Below are positions 24,722 to 39,111 of a stretch of DNA of 64,000 nucleotides, piece by piece. Source of the DNA: Octopus bimaculoides (taxonomy: Eukaryota); NCBI RefSeq assembly GCF_001194135.2, contig NC_068987.1:84552676-84616675 (forward strand), given 5' to 3'. Numbering within the stretch: position 1 is the first letter of the stretch; each line of letters opens with the position of its first letter. The position numbers and the translations under genes are program-made. A model generated the notes under the pieces. That model was not told where the DNA came from, ran no database searches, and worked only from the letters and a program-made list of their open reading frames with translations.

Positions 24722-25151
24722 AAAGGCGGTGAGCTGACAGAAACTTTAGAACGCCGGGCGAAATGCATAGCGGCATTTCGACTGTCTGTATGTTCTGAGC
24801 TCAAATTCCGTCGAGGTCGATTTTGCCTTTCATCCTTTCGGGGTCGATAAATTAAGTACAAGTTACGCACTGGGGTCGCTGTAATCGACTTAATCCCTTT
24901 GTCTGTCCGTGTTTGACCCCTCTATGTTTATCCCCTTGTGAGCAATAAAGAAATAAGAAACGTTAGCACGCCCAGTGAAATGTTTTGCAATATTTCGTCA
25001 GTCTTTGTGTTCTGAGCTCAAATTCCGTCGAGGTAGATTTGTTTTTCATACTTTAGGGGTCGATAAATTAAGTACCAGTTGCGTTTTGGGTCGATCTAAT
25101 CAACTGTCCCTCTGCCCCAAAATTTCAGGCCTTGTCCCTAGAGAAGAAAAG
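24722..25151 (+). mobile_element. Dimeric SINE family B with 17-bp TSD
   Basis: Monomer with alternative tail plus head-truncated monomer. aatatctaaacttattt at 24705-24721 and 25152-25168. Confidence 0.9.
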
Positions 25152-25846
25152 AATATCTAAACTTATTTCATTTAATACACCTATATTTTAAGATGCTAGT
25201 GTATGGATTAGAGATTCGGTAGTAATTCCTTTCAGGTGACATAATCGCCCGCATGTATAAAGTATGATTTAGATGAAGAGCGATGCCAAACGTGACCATC
25301 CAATTTTTATGGTCTTGTTTTATATGGAACAGTATATATGGTATTGCAATAAATTGTGTTCCCTATCTAAGGCAATGGGACGTAAAATGAAGGAGAATTG
25401 GTTGGCATTTCTTCCATATCAATTACCTATATAGATGGTCTCAGTTTGTGCAAGGCTGTATTTGATCTGAAGCACGTACTTTATTACTCTAAATCGTTAA
25501 TGTCATACAAATATAACCGGATAAACGGAAACTAAATAGTAGGTAAACTCACAGGTTTACATACTGAGTAGTTTTACATTTGATTGAAAGTCATTTTAGT
25601 ATGAAATAAACACCAGAATTCGTTATATCTTTCTTCTTTTCCTTAATATTAATATTTAGTCCAGTTCAGTTCTTCAGCAGAACCATAGTAAAATATGAAT
25701 CTCCTTTGTCTCATTTAATCTACAACTAAATGTATTTTCCTACTCTGTCCATCTTCTCTAAATCAATTCAAGGAAATTTGGCTGTGATTTCATGCATGAC
25801 GGGCCACTGCGCAGAGCATCCCGCGTATGTATTACTTAACAGCCCG

Positions 25847-26050
25847 TTCTAATATAGGCACAAGGCCTAACATTTTGCATGAGGGAATAGTTGATTTCAT
25901 CGTCCCCAGTGTGTAACTGGTATTTATTTTACCGACCTTAAAAAGATAAAAGGCAGAGTTGATCTAGGCGGAATTTGAGTTCAGAACGTAAGGACAGGCG
26001 AAATGCTGGTAAGCATTTTACCCGGCGTGCTAACGTTACTGCCAGCTCGA
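25847..26050 (-). mobile_element. SINE family B
   Basis: Full-length degenerate match. Confidence 0.8.
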
Positions 26051-27064
26051 ACGGAATGCGAACTAAGGAAAAATTGTTATTATATCACTATATTTTTACA
26101 TTATTTCAATCTTACACGTTGATATTTCCGCTTTGGTCTATCATGTTTCGAGGCTGCAACATGATTTTATCCTGTACTGAACCATCATCTCTTTGTGTAA
26201 AACATTTAAATCAATGAAATGTTATTGAAACGAAATATTTATCATTAGAAACGTGGCGGAATACAAACAGTTGTTAATATTCATATTTATTTCTTCATCT
26301 ATAATTCTTTTCTCTAAATACATCACTATCAATGCTTGATGAATCTCCAGCAACACCCTTCAAAGGTCTTAATCCATGAAAACCATTCATCATTTACCAT
26401 TATCCTTGCCATGCTTCTGCAGCTCTAAGGAAATAGAGTTGTGCAGTAGTCATCACTCATCACCTAATGTAGATCTTGACAAATGATATTCCGATAAAAT
26501 CTCAAGTGTTTAATATTTAAAAAGCAGTCGAGGTTAATAACGTAGCAAGCGTCATAAGACTAATTGAGAAACGTCGAAATTATTCCGCAATTCGGTTTCA
26601 ATACTTCGCTGATTTAACTATTTTGCTATTTTCGGGTTAAGTCAGTTTTTGTAACTCAGCAAGGGAAATTATTTTATTTGCATGAATTGTTTTATGAGTA
26701 TTAAGTAGTGAGAATAAAGCTTCCAAAAGAAATACCAGCCACTGAAACACACATTCAGTTCAAGTTCAATTCTATTTCAAAACATAGTTAAAGCATAGAG
26801 CGTCAGAAAAAAATGCGTTGCTGTGCTCCTTTAGGCTCTTGGCATTCTAAATTCATATCTCGTCGATATGAACTTGCCTTCCATCTTTCCAAGATCGATA
26901 AAACAATGTGCCGATCATGTAGTACGGTCAATGGTGTAGAAAGACACCTGCTCTTCGAAATCACTGGCCGTCAACATAAAGCAGAAACCAACATGCAGTC
27001 CCTTAGTTGCTTTTGGGAAGGGCGTAAATGTCATGAGAAAAATTGTCTCCCTTGTGATATATTA

Positions 27065-27260
27065 TTGTTTCAAATTTTGGAACAGGGCCAGCAATTTTGA
27101 GGGGATGGGCAAGTCGGTTGTATCGATAAATGTTCTTGACTGGTAAATAGTTTATCTACCCTGAAAAAGATGGGAGCGGAGTTTGAGCTCAGAATCTCTA
27201 GAGGCAAATGATGTTAAGCATCTTATACGATGTGCTAACTATTCTACCAGTTCACCTCCT
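27065..27260 (-). mobile_element. SINE family B, old
   Basis: Head and tail recognisable; central domain partly deleted. Confidence 0.55.
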
Positions 27261-29640
27261 ATAATATAATATAAAGATAGTGTTGCTTTATATAAACGAA
27301 AATAAAATACTACATTTTATATCACAATGGAAGTATTTTATCAGGCAGGTCAAACATTCCACCATAATTTCAAACCATCCATGTATATTCAGTTTGTACG
27401 GAGGTAGACGTTGGAAGACAGATCTATATTGTTGAAACTACTTAACTCCAACGTTTTCAGTGAAACGCCACAAGCGTTTCTTTGCGCATTATATAAATAT
27501 CTTCATTATCCTCACAGACTCGGTTCACCTAAACATCAATCGTTGATATAAGATCATTCACTAATGTGAGTAGTGATCAGTCAGCAGCATATCCTTAGGA
27601 AAGACGTATTCCTCTTTTACTAAAACTAAGGAACTAAAAGTAACTACTTACAAGTTAAAATGTTTTTGAAGTTAGTATAGATTTGAAATTACATTTGTAC
27701 TTTCATTAACATATCATATCTATGTCTCATCGATATTTCTTTACTGATTTCTTACTTTACAAGTGATCTTTGTTTCCAATGTCTGGAATAGCAGAGTAAA
27801 AAAATTTAAAAATTGTCTGAGGTGAGATGTGTTCTATAATAGCTTCGCCTGATGTTCGTGAGCGAAATTACGAGGGTAGGCCGAAGAGATCATTGGCTGA
27901 CTATGAAGGAGTGATACGAGAGCTGTGGAACATTGCAAGCAATATTTTAACTGCATTGCTTCTTTCCAGGTAAGCTGACGTCATTTATGATGGTGATGAC
28001 TTTTTTTATCAACAGGATGAAAGCCTCTTCAGTGGGTTGTGTTCTCGAGCAAAACGTTTCATCTCACGTTGCTCTGACGTGTAGTACAGCTAACTGTGAA
28101 CTTTTCAATTTGGATGGAAAGAGTGAGCTAATGTACAATTCCAATATTTTATCTCTATAAAAAATATCGTTTTTGCAGGTCGTTCCGTAATACTCTGCAG
28201 AAACCCTTTTCTGTGTATTATGCTAGGTGTGTCCACAAGTTCCTGAATATATATGACGGTAGATTTATGCGGAACGATGCTGTTTAACTCTCTTTTGAAT
28301 GAGATTTGGAATAAAGCAAAGGATCGATCAAAAATTATAAAACAAAACGAAGACAGATCTTGAGACTAAAAACGCGCTTGGCGTTCTAAAATGTCTCGAG
28401 AATGAACACAGAAATGGTGACGAGAAAAGGCTGATACAAAACAAGAACAAACAAATGCAGAGTACAAGCAAGGGTGTCTGTGGACATAAGACGTGGATGA
28501 ACATAGAAAATACTAGCGTATATTGGTAATAGGAAATTGAATTTTCATCGTGAATCGAGGAAGACTGAACACGCAAGATAAGAGTGATGCTCCTCGCGAA
28601 ATAAAAGGCTAAGAGAAGGAAATGTTGGATATGTGCGGGAGCAGGAGGTAGATAAGGTAGAGAAAGTAACGATCAGCGAGAGAGTGGGAGCAATATAGAG
28701 CGAAAGAATATGGGAGATACGGTTAAGATAGTGTTGGAGAGGTAATTAGAGAGAGGGTGTAAGAGGGAACGATAGTTAGAGAGTTAATGAAAGAGAAAGA
28801 GAGAGTAAAATAGACCGAGAAAAATAATCACTGAGTGAACATGATTATGTGTACTTGAATAAAGAATTCAAAAGTATATTGTAAAGGCTTATGAATAACT
28901 AACACAAAGGACAAACTATAAACATGGATAAAGCAATTTAATCAATCAACTTTCATTGTAGGATTTCCAAAATTTCGACGCTTGGAAAAAGGTTGGTATC
29001 CTTAATTTGGAAGGCACCAGTTTTCACAGAAAACCAAACGTAAACAAGTCTTGCGAGTAATTTCCATATGGGACGTAGAAAATATCTACCGAATGAAAAC
29101 GACGCAGTTATATAGTTATAAATTGACTTGCACCAGAGACCACCAAACTGAAATAAATATATTGAAGCAAATCTCAAATAACTCATCACAACAGTAGCAA
29201 AAGCATCTGTAATCATGGTGAGGATCGCACATTTTTTTTTTTTTTTGTGGCGCAAAAAGGTGAGCAATTTTCTATTACTTATTCATACAGTGAACGTGCT
29301 TCAACACAGGAAATGTCTTATATGACTAAAAACAAATGTTAGTATATGCGATCAAGGTCTCATTGATTTGTTGAAGTATCTCCGAAAACTGAAAGCTGTG
29401 TACCGGAAAAGTACACGTACTCAGAAAATTTTAATGAATGTGACGTGTCAGAACTTTCCTTCAGCAGAGTCATTGATCTTCTCATAAATAAGCCATCAAA
29501 TACGCTAGGAAATAATAGAAATAAGCCCCACCCAGAAATTTATTATCATTTTATCGATAACGAAATACTTACACAGGCATGAGGTTTCTATGTAAATAAG
29601 CATAGTTATTATACGAGTTGAAGTCTAAAAGAAAATATAG

Positions 29641-29788
29641 AGCGCAGGTGTAGTTGTGTGGTAAGATGTTCCCTTCCCGACCATATGGTTCCGGGTTCAG
29701 TCCCGCTGCGTGGTACCTTGGCCAAGTGTCTTCTGCTATAGCCTCAAGCCGAGTGAATTTGTTGTACGGAAACTGAAAGAAGCCCGTC

Positions 29789-29836
<48 letters not shown>

Positions 29837-30048
29837 TGTGTGTGTGTCTTTTTTTGTCCCCACCACCATCACTTGGCAACCGATGTTGGTGTGTTTACAT
29901 CCCCGAATTCTAGCGGTTCAGCAAAAGAGAGCGATAGAATAACTACTAGGCTTACAAAGAAAAAGTCACGGGGTTGCTTTGGTCGACTAAAGGCGGTGCT
30001 AATCATGCCTGCAGTCAAATCACTGAAACAATTTAAAGAATAAACGAA
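29641..30048 (+). mobile_element. SINE family A, full length
   Basis: Head agcgcaggtgtagttgtgtggtaag, core, (TA)n, and 3' tail. Confidence 0.85.
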
Positions 30049-30526
30049 TAGAGCGTCGGTGTGTTTACCTTTCAGTATAGGGAACGCGCTCAATCGACCT
30101 GACTTCAAAGCAAGTTATGCCATCATCGTTGGCGTAGCATCACCGTGCATTTGAAACAATAATTTAAGGACCAGGTATGTATTATGTCGAGGTTTTTTAA
30201 AACTAACTCTTCTCTGTAGATTTGAAGGAAATATTTCGTGGTGCTACCATAATAGTTTTCTTTCTCCAAACAAGCAAAAAGAGTGGAATTTTTGGAGAAG
30301 GATGAGTGTTAGTCGATTACATCGATCCGACTGCTCACCTGAAAGGCAGGCATGGCCGATCTCGGCGGAATTTGAACTCAGAATGAAAAATCTCGATGAA
30401 ATGCGGCCGAGCCTTTTGTCGAGGAGGTTAATGATTCACCCAATTGACCACCTTCACAGCCACGAATACATTGATATTAGTTAAAAAGCAGGTTGCCGCA
30501 GCTGCAACAGAACTAGAAGCAACAAT

Positions 30527-30593
30527 AGCAGCAGCTGTAGTAGTAGTAGTACTAGTAGTAGTAGTAGTAGCAGTAGTAATAGTAGTAGTCGTG

Positions 30594-30644
<51 letters not shown>

Positions 30645-30668
30645 ACAATAGCAGCAGCAGCAGCAGCA
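30527..30668. repeat. (TAG)n flanked by (CAG)n
   Basis: Directly visible. Confidence 0.95.
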
Positions 30669-31040
30669 AGGCAGAGCAACATCTGATGTCTCTGTCTAAA
30701 CCAATCATCTCAGCAGAACCAAGCTATGATGAAAGTCACTGCTTTCCATATGTATGATTATTGTTGAATGGGCCTTCATGTTTCACATGATATAGGGTTA
30801 TTTTACTTGCTATTTCTAGTGAGTCTTGTACACGCTTTGAAGAGTACTCTGTTGTCTCGTAATAAAACAAGTAGAAATAATGGTTTTAATTTAGAGATCG
30901 CCACTGTTGTCGATGTGGGGCATGGACCACAGCACTGGACATAACAATTCCGAAATGGCAATGTCGACCTCGGTGGGTTTGGGATATCGAATGTTAATGT
31001 AGGGAAGCTTGTTAGATGAAATGATAACAACAAAGTTAGC

Positions 31041-31560
31041 AGGAATAAAGCGAAGAAGAAGAAGAAGAAGAAGAAGAACAACAACAACAACAACAACAAC
31101 AGCAACAAATGAAGAGAAGAGGAAAAATAAAGGAAGTGGAGGAGGAGCTGAATAAAAGAATGAGGAAGATGAGATGGAGAGAAGATGAAGTGGATAAAGA
31201 AAAAATAAAGGAAAGCGGATGAGAAAAATAAAAGAGGATGATGAAAAGAAGGAGAGGAAGAGAAAAAGAAGTAAAAGAAAGAAGAGAAGTAGACAAAAAG
31301 ATAAAGAAGGGACAGGAAGAAGAAGAAAACGAAGAAGAAGAAGAAGAAGAAGAAGAAGAAGAAGAAGAAGAAGAAGAAGAAGAAGAAGAAGAAGAGGGCA
31401 CGAGAGGAGAAGAGAAGACGAAGATGAAGTTGAGAAGAAAGAAGATGAAGAAAAAGGAAAAGGAGAGAAAGAATAAAGACGTACAAGAAAAGTTAGCTGA
31501 GAAAATAAGGAAGGAAATTAACATGCGTTCACATACGAAGAAAGAAAAGAAAGTAAATGC
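31041..31560. repeat. Purine-rich tract including (GAA)21 at 31331-31393
   Basis: Directly visible; about 500 nt almost entirely G/A on the plus strand. Confidence 0.95.
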
Positions 31561-31627
31561 GATGATGGCAAAGGTTGAAGAAAAATATAATTGACAGAAG
31601 ACTAAATGGGATATGTGGAGTGTGTGT

Positions 31628-31664
<37 letters not shown>

Positions 31665-32407
31665 TGTGTGTATTAAGTAAAGCTAAACATGAAGTATAAT
31701 AATAATTCATTCTAATATTACATAAAATCTTCTCAGTAATGGAATGTAAAATATATTGAAGGCTGAACCACAAAAATCAGTCTGAACTCGTCCAAGTGAT
31801 TAAAACAGTACTCTCTCACATCATAATATTATTACATGCATACCGTTTTTTCTTTTAAAATATATATATATATATATATATATATGTTCTTTTTCTTTTT
31901 GTTCGGAACCTCATTGAATAGGTACATATTGATTATTGATTCCTGACAGCTTCAAGACGGAATAGACTTTTCTTTTAGTGTAATATAGTAGATGAAGAAT
32001 GATATGGTAGCGGTGTGGCGTTTTCGAAACAATTCAAATATCTGCTGCATATGGAATCTAATCCAACACTGAAGGTTGCCTATTATTAAAATGTTCTTCA
32101 ATGCTTTCAATGGTTCCAGGCGCTGTCTTCAAGCTTTTAGTCAATTATATTGACCCTAGTACATCCTCAGCTTCTCATTTTATTGATTCCTGTATATTGA
32201 ATGTATTGAATGGCTGGTTTTGGCTTGAGTTTCTATAGGTTTTTTTTTTCTTTCTGGAAGTTACCACTATTTGAAGTGGTAATCCCTTTTAAAGCGTATA
32301 ACTCATTATATTGATAAAATGAGAACCACACACTGTACTAAGAAAAATGTAATATACTTTAATCCGAAATAATAAAAGGTAATTAGAAGAAATTGCATTG
32401 AAAGTTA

Positions 32408-32446
<39 letters not shown>

Positions 32447-32447
32447 G

Positions 32448-32530
32448 TTTCTTTCTTACTCTAGGTACAAGGCCCAAAATTTTTGGAGAGGGGGCTAGTC
32501 GATTAGATCGACCCCAGTACGGAACTGGTG
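32448..32530 (-). mobile_element. SINE family B 3' end, truncated by an assembly gap
   Basis: ggtacaaggcccaaaattttgg...gattagatcgaccccagtacg. Confidence 0.8.
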
Positions 32531-33434
32531 NNNNNNNNNNNNNNNNNNNNNNNNNNNNNNNNNNNNNNNNNNNNNNNNNNNNNNNNNNNNNNNNNNNNNN
32601 NNNNNNNNNNNNNNNNNNNNNNNNNNNNNNNNNNNNNNNNNNNNNNNNNNNNNNNNNNNNNNNNNNNNNNNNNNNNNNNNNNNNNNNNNNNNNNNNNNNN
32701 NNNNNNNNNNNNNNNNNNNNNNNNNNNNNNNNNNNNNNNNNNNNNNNNNNNNNNNNNNNNNNNNNNNNNNNNNNNNNNNNNNNNNNNNNNNNNNNNNNNN
32801 NNNNNNNNNNNNNNNNNNNNNNNNNNNNNNNNNNNNNNNNNNNNNNNNNNNNNNNNNNNNNNNNNNNNNNNNNNNNNNNNNNNNNNNNNNNNNNNNNNNN
32901 ATATATATATATATATATATATATAAACACATACATACACACACATATATACACACATACATATATACACACATACATATATACAGTTATACGCTTACAC
33001 ACATACACACACATACATATATATATATATGTACACATACATACATGCATACATACTTAGGAGAGTCTTTGTGGGTTTTCTCTCTGAAAACCTTAATAAA
33101 ATGCAAACATAATAGATGGGACATAGTGAGTTGAGGCAAAGATGAGAAACTATACACGGCAGAAATGAGCTGCGCAAGGAATGTTAGCATAACGCAGAAG
33201 ATCAATGATAAGAAGAAAAAAACATGTAAGTTGAACTATTGAGACCCCTAATAATGATAAGTAACAAACTGCTTGAGCACGAATACTGAGAAATAAGAAT
33301 TCTCGAAACCAGAGGAGGGAAAACGCATAAGGTGATTCTAGAAACAAGACATCAATGGAATTATCAAAATATGTAAACTCTTAGCATTTATATACATGTG
33401 CACATTTGTAGACATGCAACTATAAAAATACCAA

Positions 33435-33798
33435 TCAGAGCGCGTCAACCTCCGGAAAGTAACACCAACGTCCTCTCAATAATTAACCGGAAATGATTTT
33501 TAAGATAAGAAAATCTGAAATAAACTCGATTGCTCTCACAAACAAGAATACTAAAATTGAATCCGACCGCTCTCGAAAATTAAGAAAAGAACAAACGGAA
33601 AAATAATCCAGAATCATTGTCGGGTACTAGATTGATCCCAAAATCTAATCAGTTCGTGCCAGTCACAAGGCGAAGCATCCCTGAAAGTTTCATTCGAATC
33701 CATTTAGTGTTTCTTGAGATATCTTGTCCACGGACAGACGAACAAACAAAGAAACAGGACTGCAAACAATACCTTCACCTTCGCTAAGGTAGAGATAA
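33435..33798 (+). mobile_element. HINE/DINE-like non-autonomous element (copy 1)
   Basis: About 365 bp homologous to 53103-53472. Subterminal aacctccg, an ACAA/GACA microsatellite and a 3' stem-loop (33770-33797). Confidence 0.55.
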
Positions 33799-34289
33799 TA
33801 AAAGAGACAGATCTGCACATGCCCTGAATCAAAATACTTGCACATATACTCTCATACATACACAACTGTCATGTAGACGTTTTTCAAATTTCTCATGAGG
33901 GAGCCGTTGATCTAGGTTAGAAACCGGCTCTTTCTCCGTTAGCGAAAACTCTGGTCATAAGCGTAAAACAGCATACACAGTTTCCGAACACAGAATCAAG
34001 TGATTGCAAATCAAAACTCTTAATCAAACGGACACTACCTGCATTTATATTGCCCACTATTTCTCTGCTATCATTAAATTTCTGCTGCTTTATGTTGTTT
34101 CACCGCCAGAAAACTGTAATTATTTATTTCGTCCTGTGAAATCCACCATTTAGTACCTCCTTAAGGTACCATTTTCATCCTTCGTGAGCACTTAGAGTCA
34201 TTGTGATGATTCTTCCAACATTGACTCTGGCTGGATTTCAAATCAGACCGCGTTAATAACATTCTCTTTAATTGGACACTGGTCTGTTT

Positions 34290-34490
34290 CGGGGTCCAAA
34301 TCATAATCTTGAGGATAGGCGACAAGGTAATTACATCGACCTCAGGACTTGACTAGTGTTTTATCAGCGTCGATGGGACGAAAGAGAACATTGACTTTGG
34401 CTGCATTTGAAATCAGAATGAAAAGAACAAAAAGTAATGCTGTAAGGTATTCTTTCCAGCGGGCTAACAATTCTGCCATCTTACCGCCCT
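34290..34490 (-). mobile_element. SINE family B, old
   Basis: attacatcgacc...gacgaaagagaacattgacttt...gctaacaattctgcca. Confidence 0.55.
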
Positions 34491-37481
34491 TCTCTAAGGC
34501 ACCCACGAATATATTCCATTTATATTGCATATTATTCTGTTTGCTTTAACCTGACGGTTGAGACTTGAGACTTCTATCCTGCTATTTTCAGCGATTCTTA
34601 TTGCTTGCTGCATCATTGTGTTGTAAACATTCTAGTTGGAATTCCGTGATATGAGATTTTCCTACTCAGGAAAGATATTTAAGTGATTCATATGATCTTC
34701 GTGTATCATACTTAAATTTACAACATATGAAACCTAAACAATATAATCCTTAAACATTCAATCTTGAACGTGCGCACAACCGACACAAGGCTAGAAGGAA
34801 AGCTACAGGCTATTTGTTTCATTTCAGTACATAGTGTTGTATCATAGGCCGGTTCTATTGCTGGAAGAGCAAATATTTTTAACAAAACAACTATTGGCCA
34901 ACCAGGACGTATCCAAAAGATCGATCTGAACATAAATAGATATCAAACAAAACAATATGATTATAATAAAAAAGGGAATTTTATGTCATTAAATATTTGA
35001 ATAAATGCCAGGTTCTACAAACCAGCGCCAAATTACAGTCACTGAAATCTTCGAATTTTAGTTTGTACTCAAAAGTATCTAAAATAAATAAATAAATACA
35101 TAAAATAGAATAAATATATAGCGAAACAATAAAATGCCACGTAATCTAGATGTTTGTATGTCTGCATAGAAAGGTTATTGCAGGTTTGGGTTATATAAAC
35201 ATGGAAAAATATTTCTGCAGTAATCGATTTAAAAAAAAACAAAACAAGAATGCGTCTTGGTTCTTTAAAGGCTTTACATATTAAACACCGACGTTGTGAG
35301 TACATAGGATGAGAAATGTGCTCATATAAATGCCGAACATTTGATATGAAAATCAGTGTTTGTGAATTTCGGTTAACAGTTTTATTACGAGCATTTATGT
35401 GCGTTTCCACATGCATACTTATACAAATATATGCATAAATAAACTCAACCGTACGACTAGCAGTGTTCTGAATCGTGAGTACTGTTATAATGGTTAACAT
35501 TTTCAAGATGAACGGCATCACTACCACTATGCCTTTGTGAATACAGCCTACTATTTTTAGTCATAAAAACTTGTTATCTAAGATCTTCTAGATTTTTCTG
35601 GTATCGCCAGGACGAGCTACAGAGGGTATCATAATAGTCTGCTTTCCGAGAAAATAACTCTTAATTAGCTGACACTATGAACATTCTAGATGTAATATTC
35701 TTAATGATGGACTTAATCCTTACTCTAAGTCGACTGGAATATCTTAGCATAATGCAGGTTCTTCTTCGATTTATGATACGGACGATAAACTCTGTGTTTT
35801 GTTCTAAGGTTACATTTGAAAGTTACTGACAATAAATAGTCCTAGATTTATGAAAAAATCTGAAAGTTTTTTTTAGTTTTACGTTGCCACATATACTGAA
35901 GATGGAATAGCATCATCCTTATATAGACTGCAGTCCATTTCAGAGAGTTACCTACTAATGCAATATAAGATTTAAATAACCACGAGATCAGAAACTTAAA
36001 ATGAGTAAATGGATTCCATGGTTATATCAAAGTGATAAGTCTATTTCTTTCTCGTCCTTTGAATTCGATAAGTAACCGGTAATAGCCGTTAATAGAGTAA
36101 CTACACACTGCTTTGATAATTGAGGGTTCTTCATAGCGTAAATAAAACTTTTGTTGGGGGGAATACAGGAAATAGATGCGGATAAAACCAGTAATATGTA
36201 TAATCTTAAAATTGAATTTTGCAAAGATCTAATTTCAAAGGAACATCCAAGAGATAATAAACTAACTTTTAAGTAAAACGTTCATAATTTTGATTTCTTG
36301 GGACGTACGGTAATTAGTCACCTTAACTTAAAAAATCGATCTGAGCCTTAATCGTCTAAGATGACCCCGTATAAACTTGGTTCTATTAGTAATCTTTCGG
36401 CTTCGAAATCAGATGCAGGAAACAAAAGTAAAAAAAAAAATATAATTCAAAGAGTTACACCTGTACTGAAAAGGTGTTTTGAACTTGTAATCGAACACTT
36501 CATAAGTAAACATTCATTTTAAAGGATTAAATAACAGAAATGAAATTATGTTTATGAAAATAGAGTTTTTCAAGTTATTAGTCATCTGTTATCGAATTTG
36601 AAGCTAAATATTGGGCGAGAAAGAACTGGCCTAACAACTTTGCTATTATCATATGATGCAGTGACTCAGAGCACGTTACTGATTTTGTGAGTATTTACAT
36701 TTTACGTTGCATTAAAAGTTTTCTGAAATGGGGGTGGAGCTCGATCTATACAGGGATGATACCCTTTTTGCATTCTGTCAATGTAATAAAAACTAGTGAG
36801 GAATAAACAAAAGACAAAACTAAAACGATTTAAAAAAAAAAAACATTAGGTTTGTTAAGGTGAGAAATATATAAGTTAACTAAATTTCTAGATTTAACGT
36901 GAGGACTCACCCTAGGCCTTTATGCTCCAGCACACGAAAAGCAGATCTTATAGATTTTTGGGAAGATATTCTGGTGCTACTAATGTATCCTCTGTTTTAC
37001 AGTGTTTACAAATATCTCTGACGTTCTCACAACTTCATATGTCGTTAACCATGTTGCATTTCCAAGCCAGGCAACATCGTAATTAGTACGTCCACGTTCT
37101 CTACTTAACAATATTAGCCAAGTGGAATTTCACCCGCACACGTTTCTCATGTAGAGCTGGATTATTAATTATTCAGAATGAATGATAACTGTGTTTGATT
37201 TCTCATGTCTCGGAGAAATCGAGGATATAGGAACTTTTTCAGACCTACCCGAAAGAAAAACGAGTAATCTATTCTTCCTCTCTCTGTAACACATTCAATA
37301 TATTGACAAGAATAAATACTTCTCAAGGAGAATGCAAGCAAATAGAGCACATTTGATTAATAATATGAGTCATCCAAATTGTTCACTGATAATGTTTTTA
37401 TTATGAACAAATTTATAAGGGAAATTTCAACAATCAAATAAATCAAAACCATTACCATTACTCATGCAAATTTCCCTTTTC

Positions 37482-38127
37482 AAAGGCGGTGAGCTGGCAG
37501 AAACGTTAGCACGCCGGGCGAAATGCTACGTTCTGAGTTCAAATTCCGCCGAGGTCCACTTTGCCTTTCATCCTTTCAGGGTCGATAAATTAAGTACCAG
37601 TTACGCACTGGGATCGTTGTAATAGACTTAATCCCTTTGTCTGTCCTTGTTTGTCCCCTCTTTGTTTAACGCCTTGTGGGCAATAAAGAAATAAGAAATG
37701 TTAGCACGCCGGGTGAAATGCTTAACAGTATTTCGTCTGCCGTTTCGTTCTCAGTTCAAATTCCGCCGAGGTCGACATTACTCGTCAGCCTTTCGGGGTC
37801 GATTGAATAAGTACCAGTTATGCACTGGGTTGATGTAATCGATTTAATCCCTTTGTTTTCCTCTCTATGTTCAGCCCCCTGTGGACAATAAAGAAACAAA
37901 TACTCCTTTGCATTAAAGCGGCGAGCTGGCAGAATCGTCAGGACACCGGGCGAAATGCTTAGCGAAATTTTGTCTGTCTTTACGTTCTGAGATCGAATTC
38001 TGTCGAGGTCGAATTTGCCTTTCACCTTTCGGGGTCGATAAATTAAGTACCAGTTGCGTACTGGGGTCAATCTAATCGACTGGCCTTCTGCCCCCAAAAG
38101 TTCGGGACTTGTGCCTACAGTAGAAAC
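37482..38127 (+). mobile_element. SINE family B cluster: dimer (37482-37695, 37696-37897) plus monomer (37915-38127)
   Basis: Same dimer junction aataaagaaataag|aaatgttagcacgcc as at 12700 and 24957. Confidence 0.88.
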
Positions 38128-38507
38128 ACATATTCATTTTCCTTATTATGGCTGAGAATATAGAAAGCCAAATCTAAGTTTTATAATAGTTTAGTCAAAG
38201 ACAAGGAGGATAATTCACGGCTCTTGAACAACGGAATTTTCGATGACAAACATAGACGTTGTTTAAATTTTAAATGCATGTTCCCAAAAAGTTATAACAT
38301 TTTCACATACTCGGAATTTAGCCTAAGTATAAACAATCAGCATAAAATAGTAAAAACCTTCCTAGAAATCATTTAGTAATAGTAATGTAAGATTATATTG
38401 TTTGTGTTACAATTACTGCGCAGTTTCTCCGTTCATCCATCTGCAGTTATTTGAAGTTGGCGTAAGTGATCTATATTTCGAGTTAGAGTAATGGTACCTA
38501 AATAATC

Positions 38508-38691
38508 CTTTTAACTATAAGCACAAGGCCTGATATGTGGGGAAGGGGAGCAGTCGATTACATCGAATCATGTACTCAGTTGGTACTTATTTTATCGACT
38601 TCGACAGGACGAAAGGCAAAGTCGACTTTGGTGGAATTTGAACGCAAGTATTTCGCCCAGTGTGCTAACGATTCTGCCAGCTCACCGCTTT
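38508..38691 (-). mobile_element. SINE family B
   Basis: Match with an internal deletion. Confidence 0.8.
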
Positions 38692-39111
38692 CATTTTGTA
38701 TANNNNNNNNNNNNNNNNNNNNNNNNNNNNNNNNNNNNNNNNNNNNNNNNNNNNNNNNNNNNNNNNNNNNNNNNNNNNNNNNNNNNNNNNNNNNNNNNNN
38801 NNNNNNNNNNNNNNNNNNNNNNNNNNNNNNNNNNNNNNNNNNNNNNNNNNNNNNNNNNNATATATATATATATATATATAATGATTTATATGGCAATGAG
38901 AATACATTTTTTATTGGTGGCACAAACTTATATGTAGGAAAGTCTGTTACATAAAATAAAAATTCAAACAATAATTTTCCAACAGCAGAACTTACTCAAG
39001 TACCTGAAGGACATTTGAGTCAGGTTGTGAAATGTGATTATTATCTGTTGCGCGTTTTCATTTTGTCTGCAACAAAACGACGAATTCAATATGGCTTTTC
39101 TATTTAACATA

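Noticed and set aside
30428-31773. Long ORFs (poly-F/L/S/E/R/T/V; up to 245 aa)
   Set aside because: Translations of (TAG)n, (GAA)n and (CA)n microsatellites, open in several frames at once, with no protein-like complexity.
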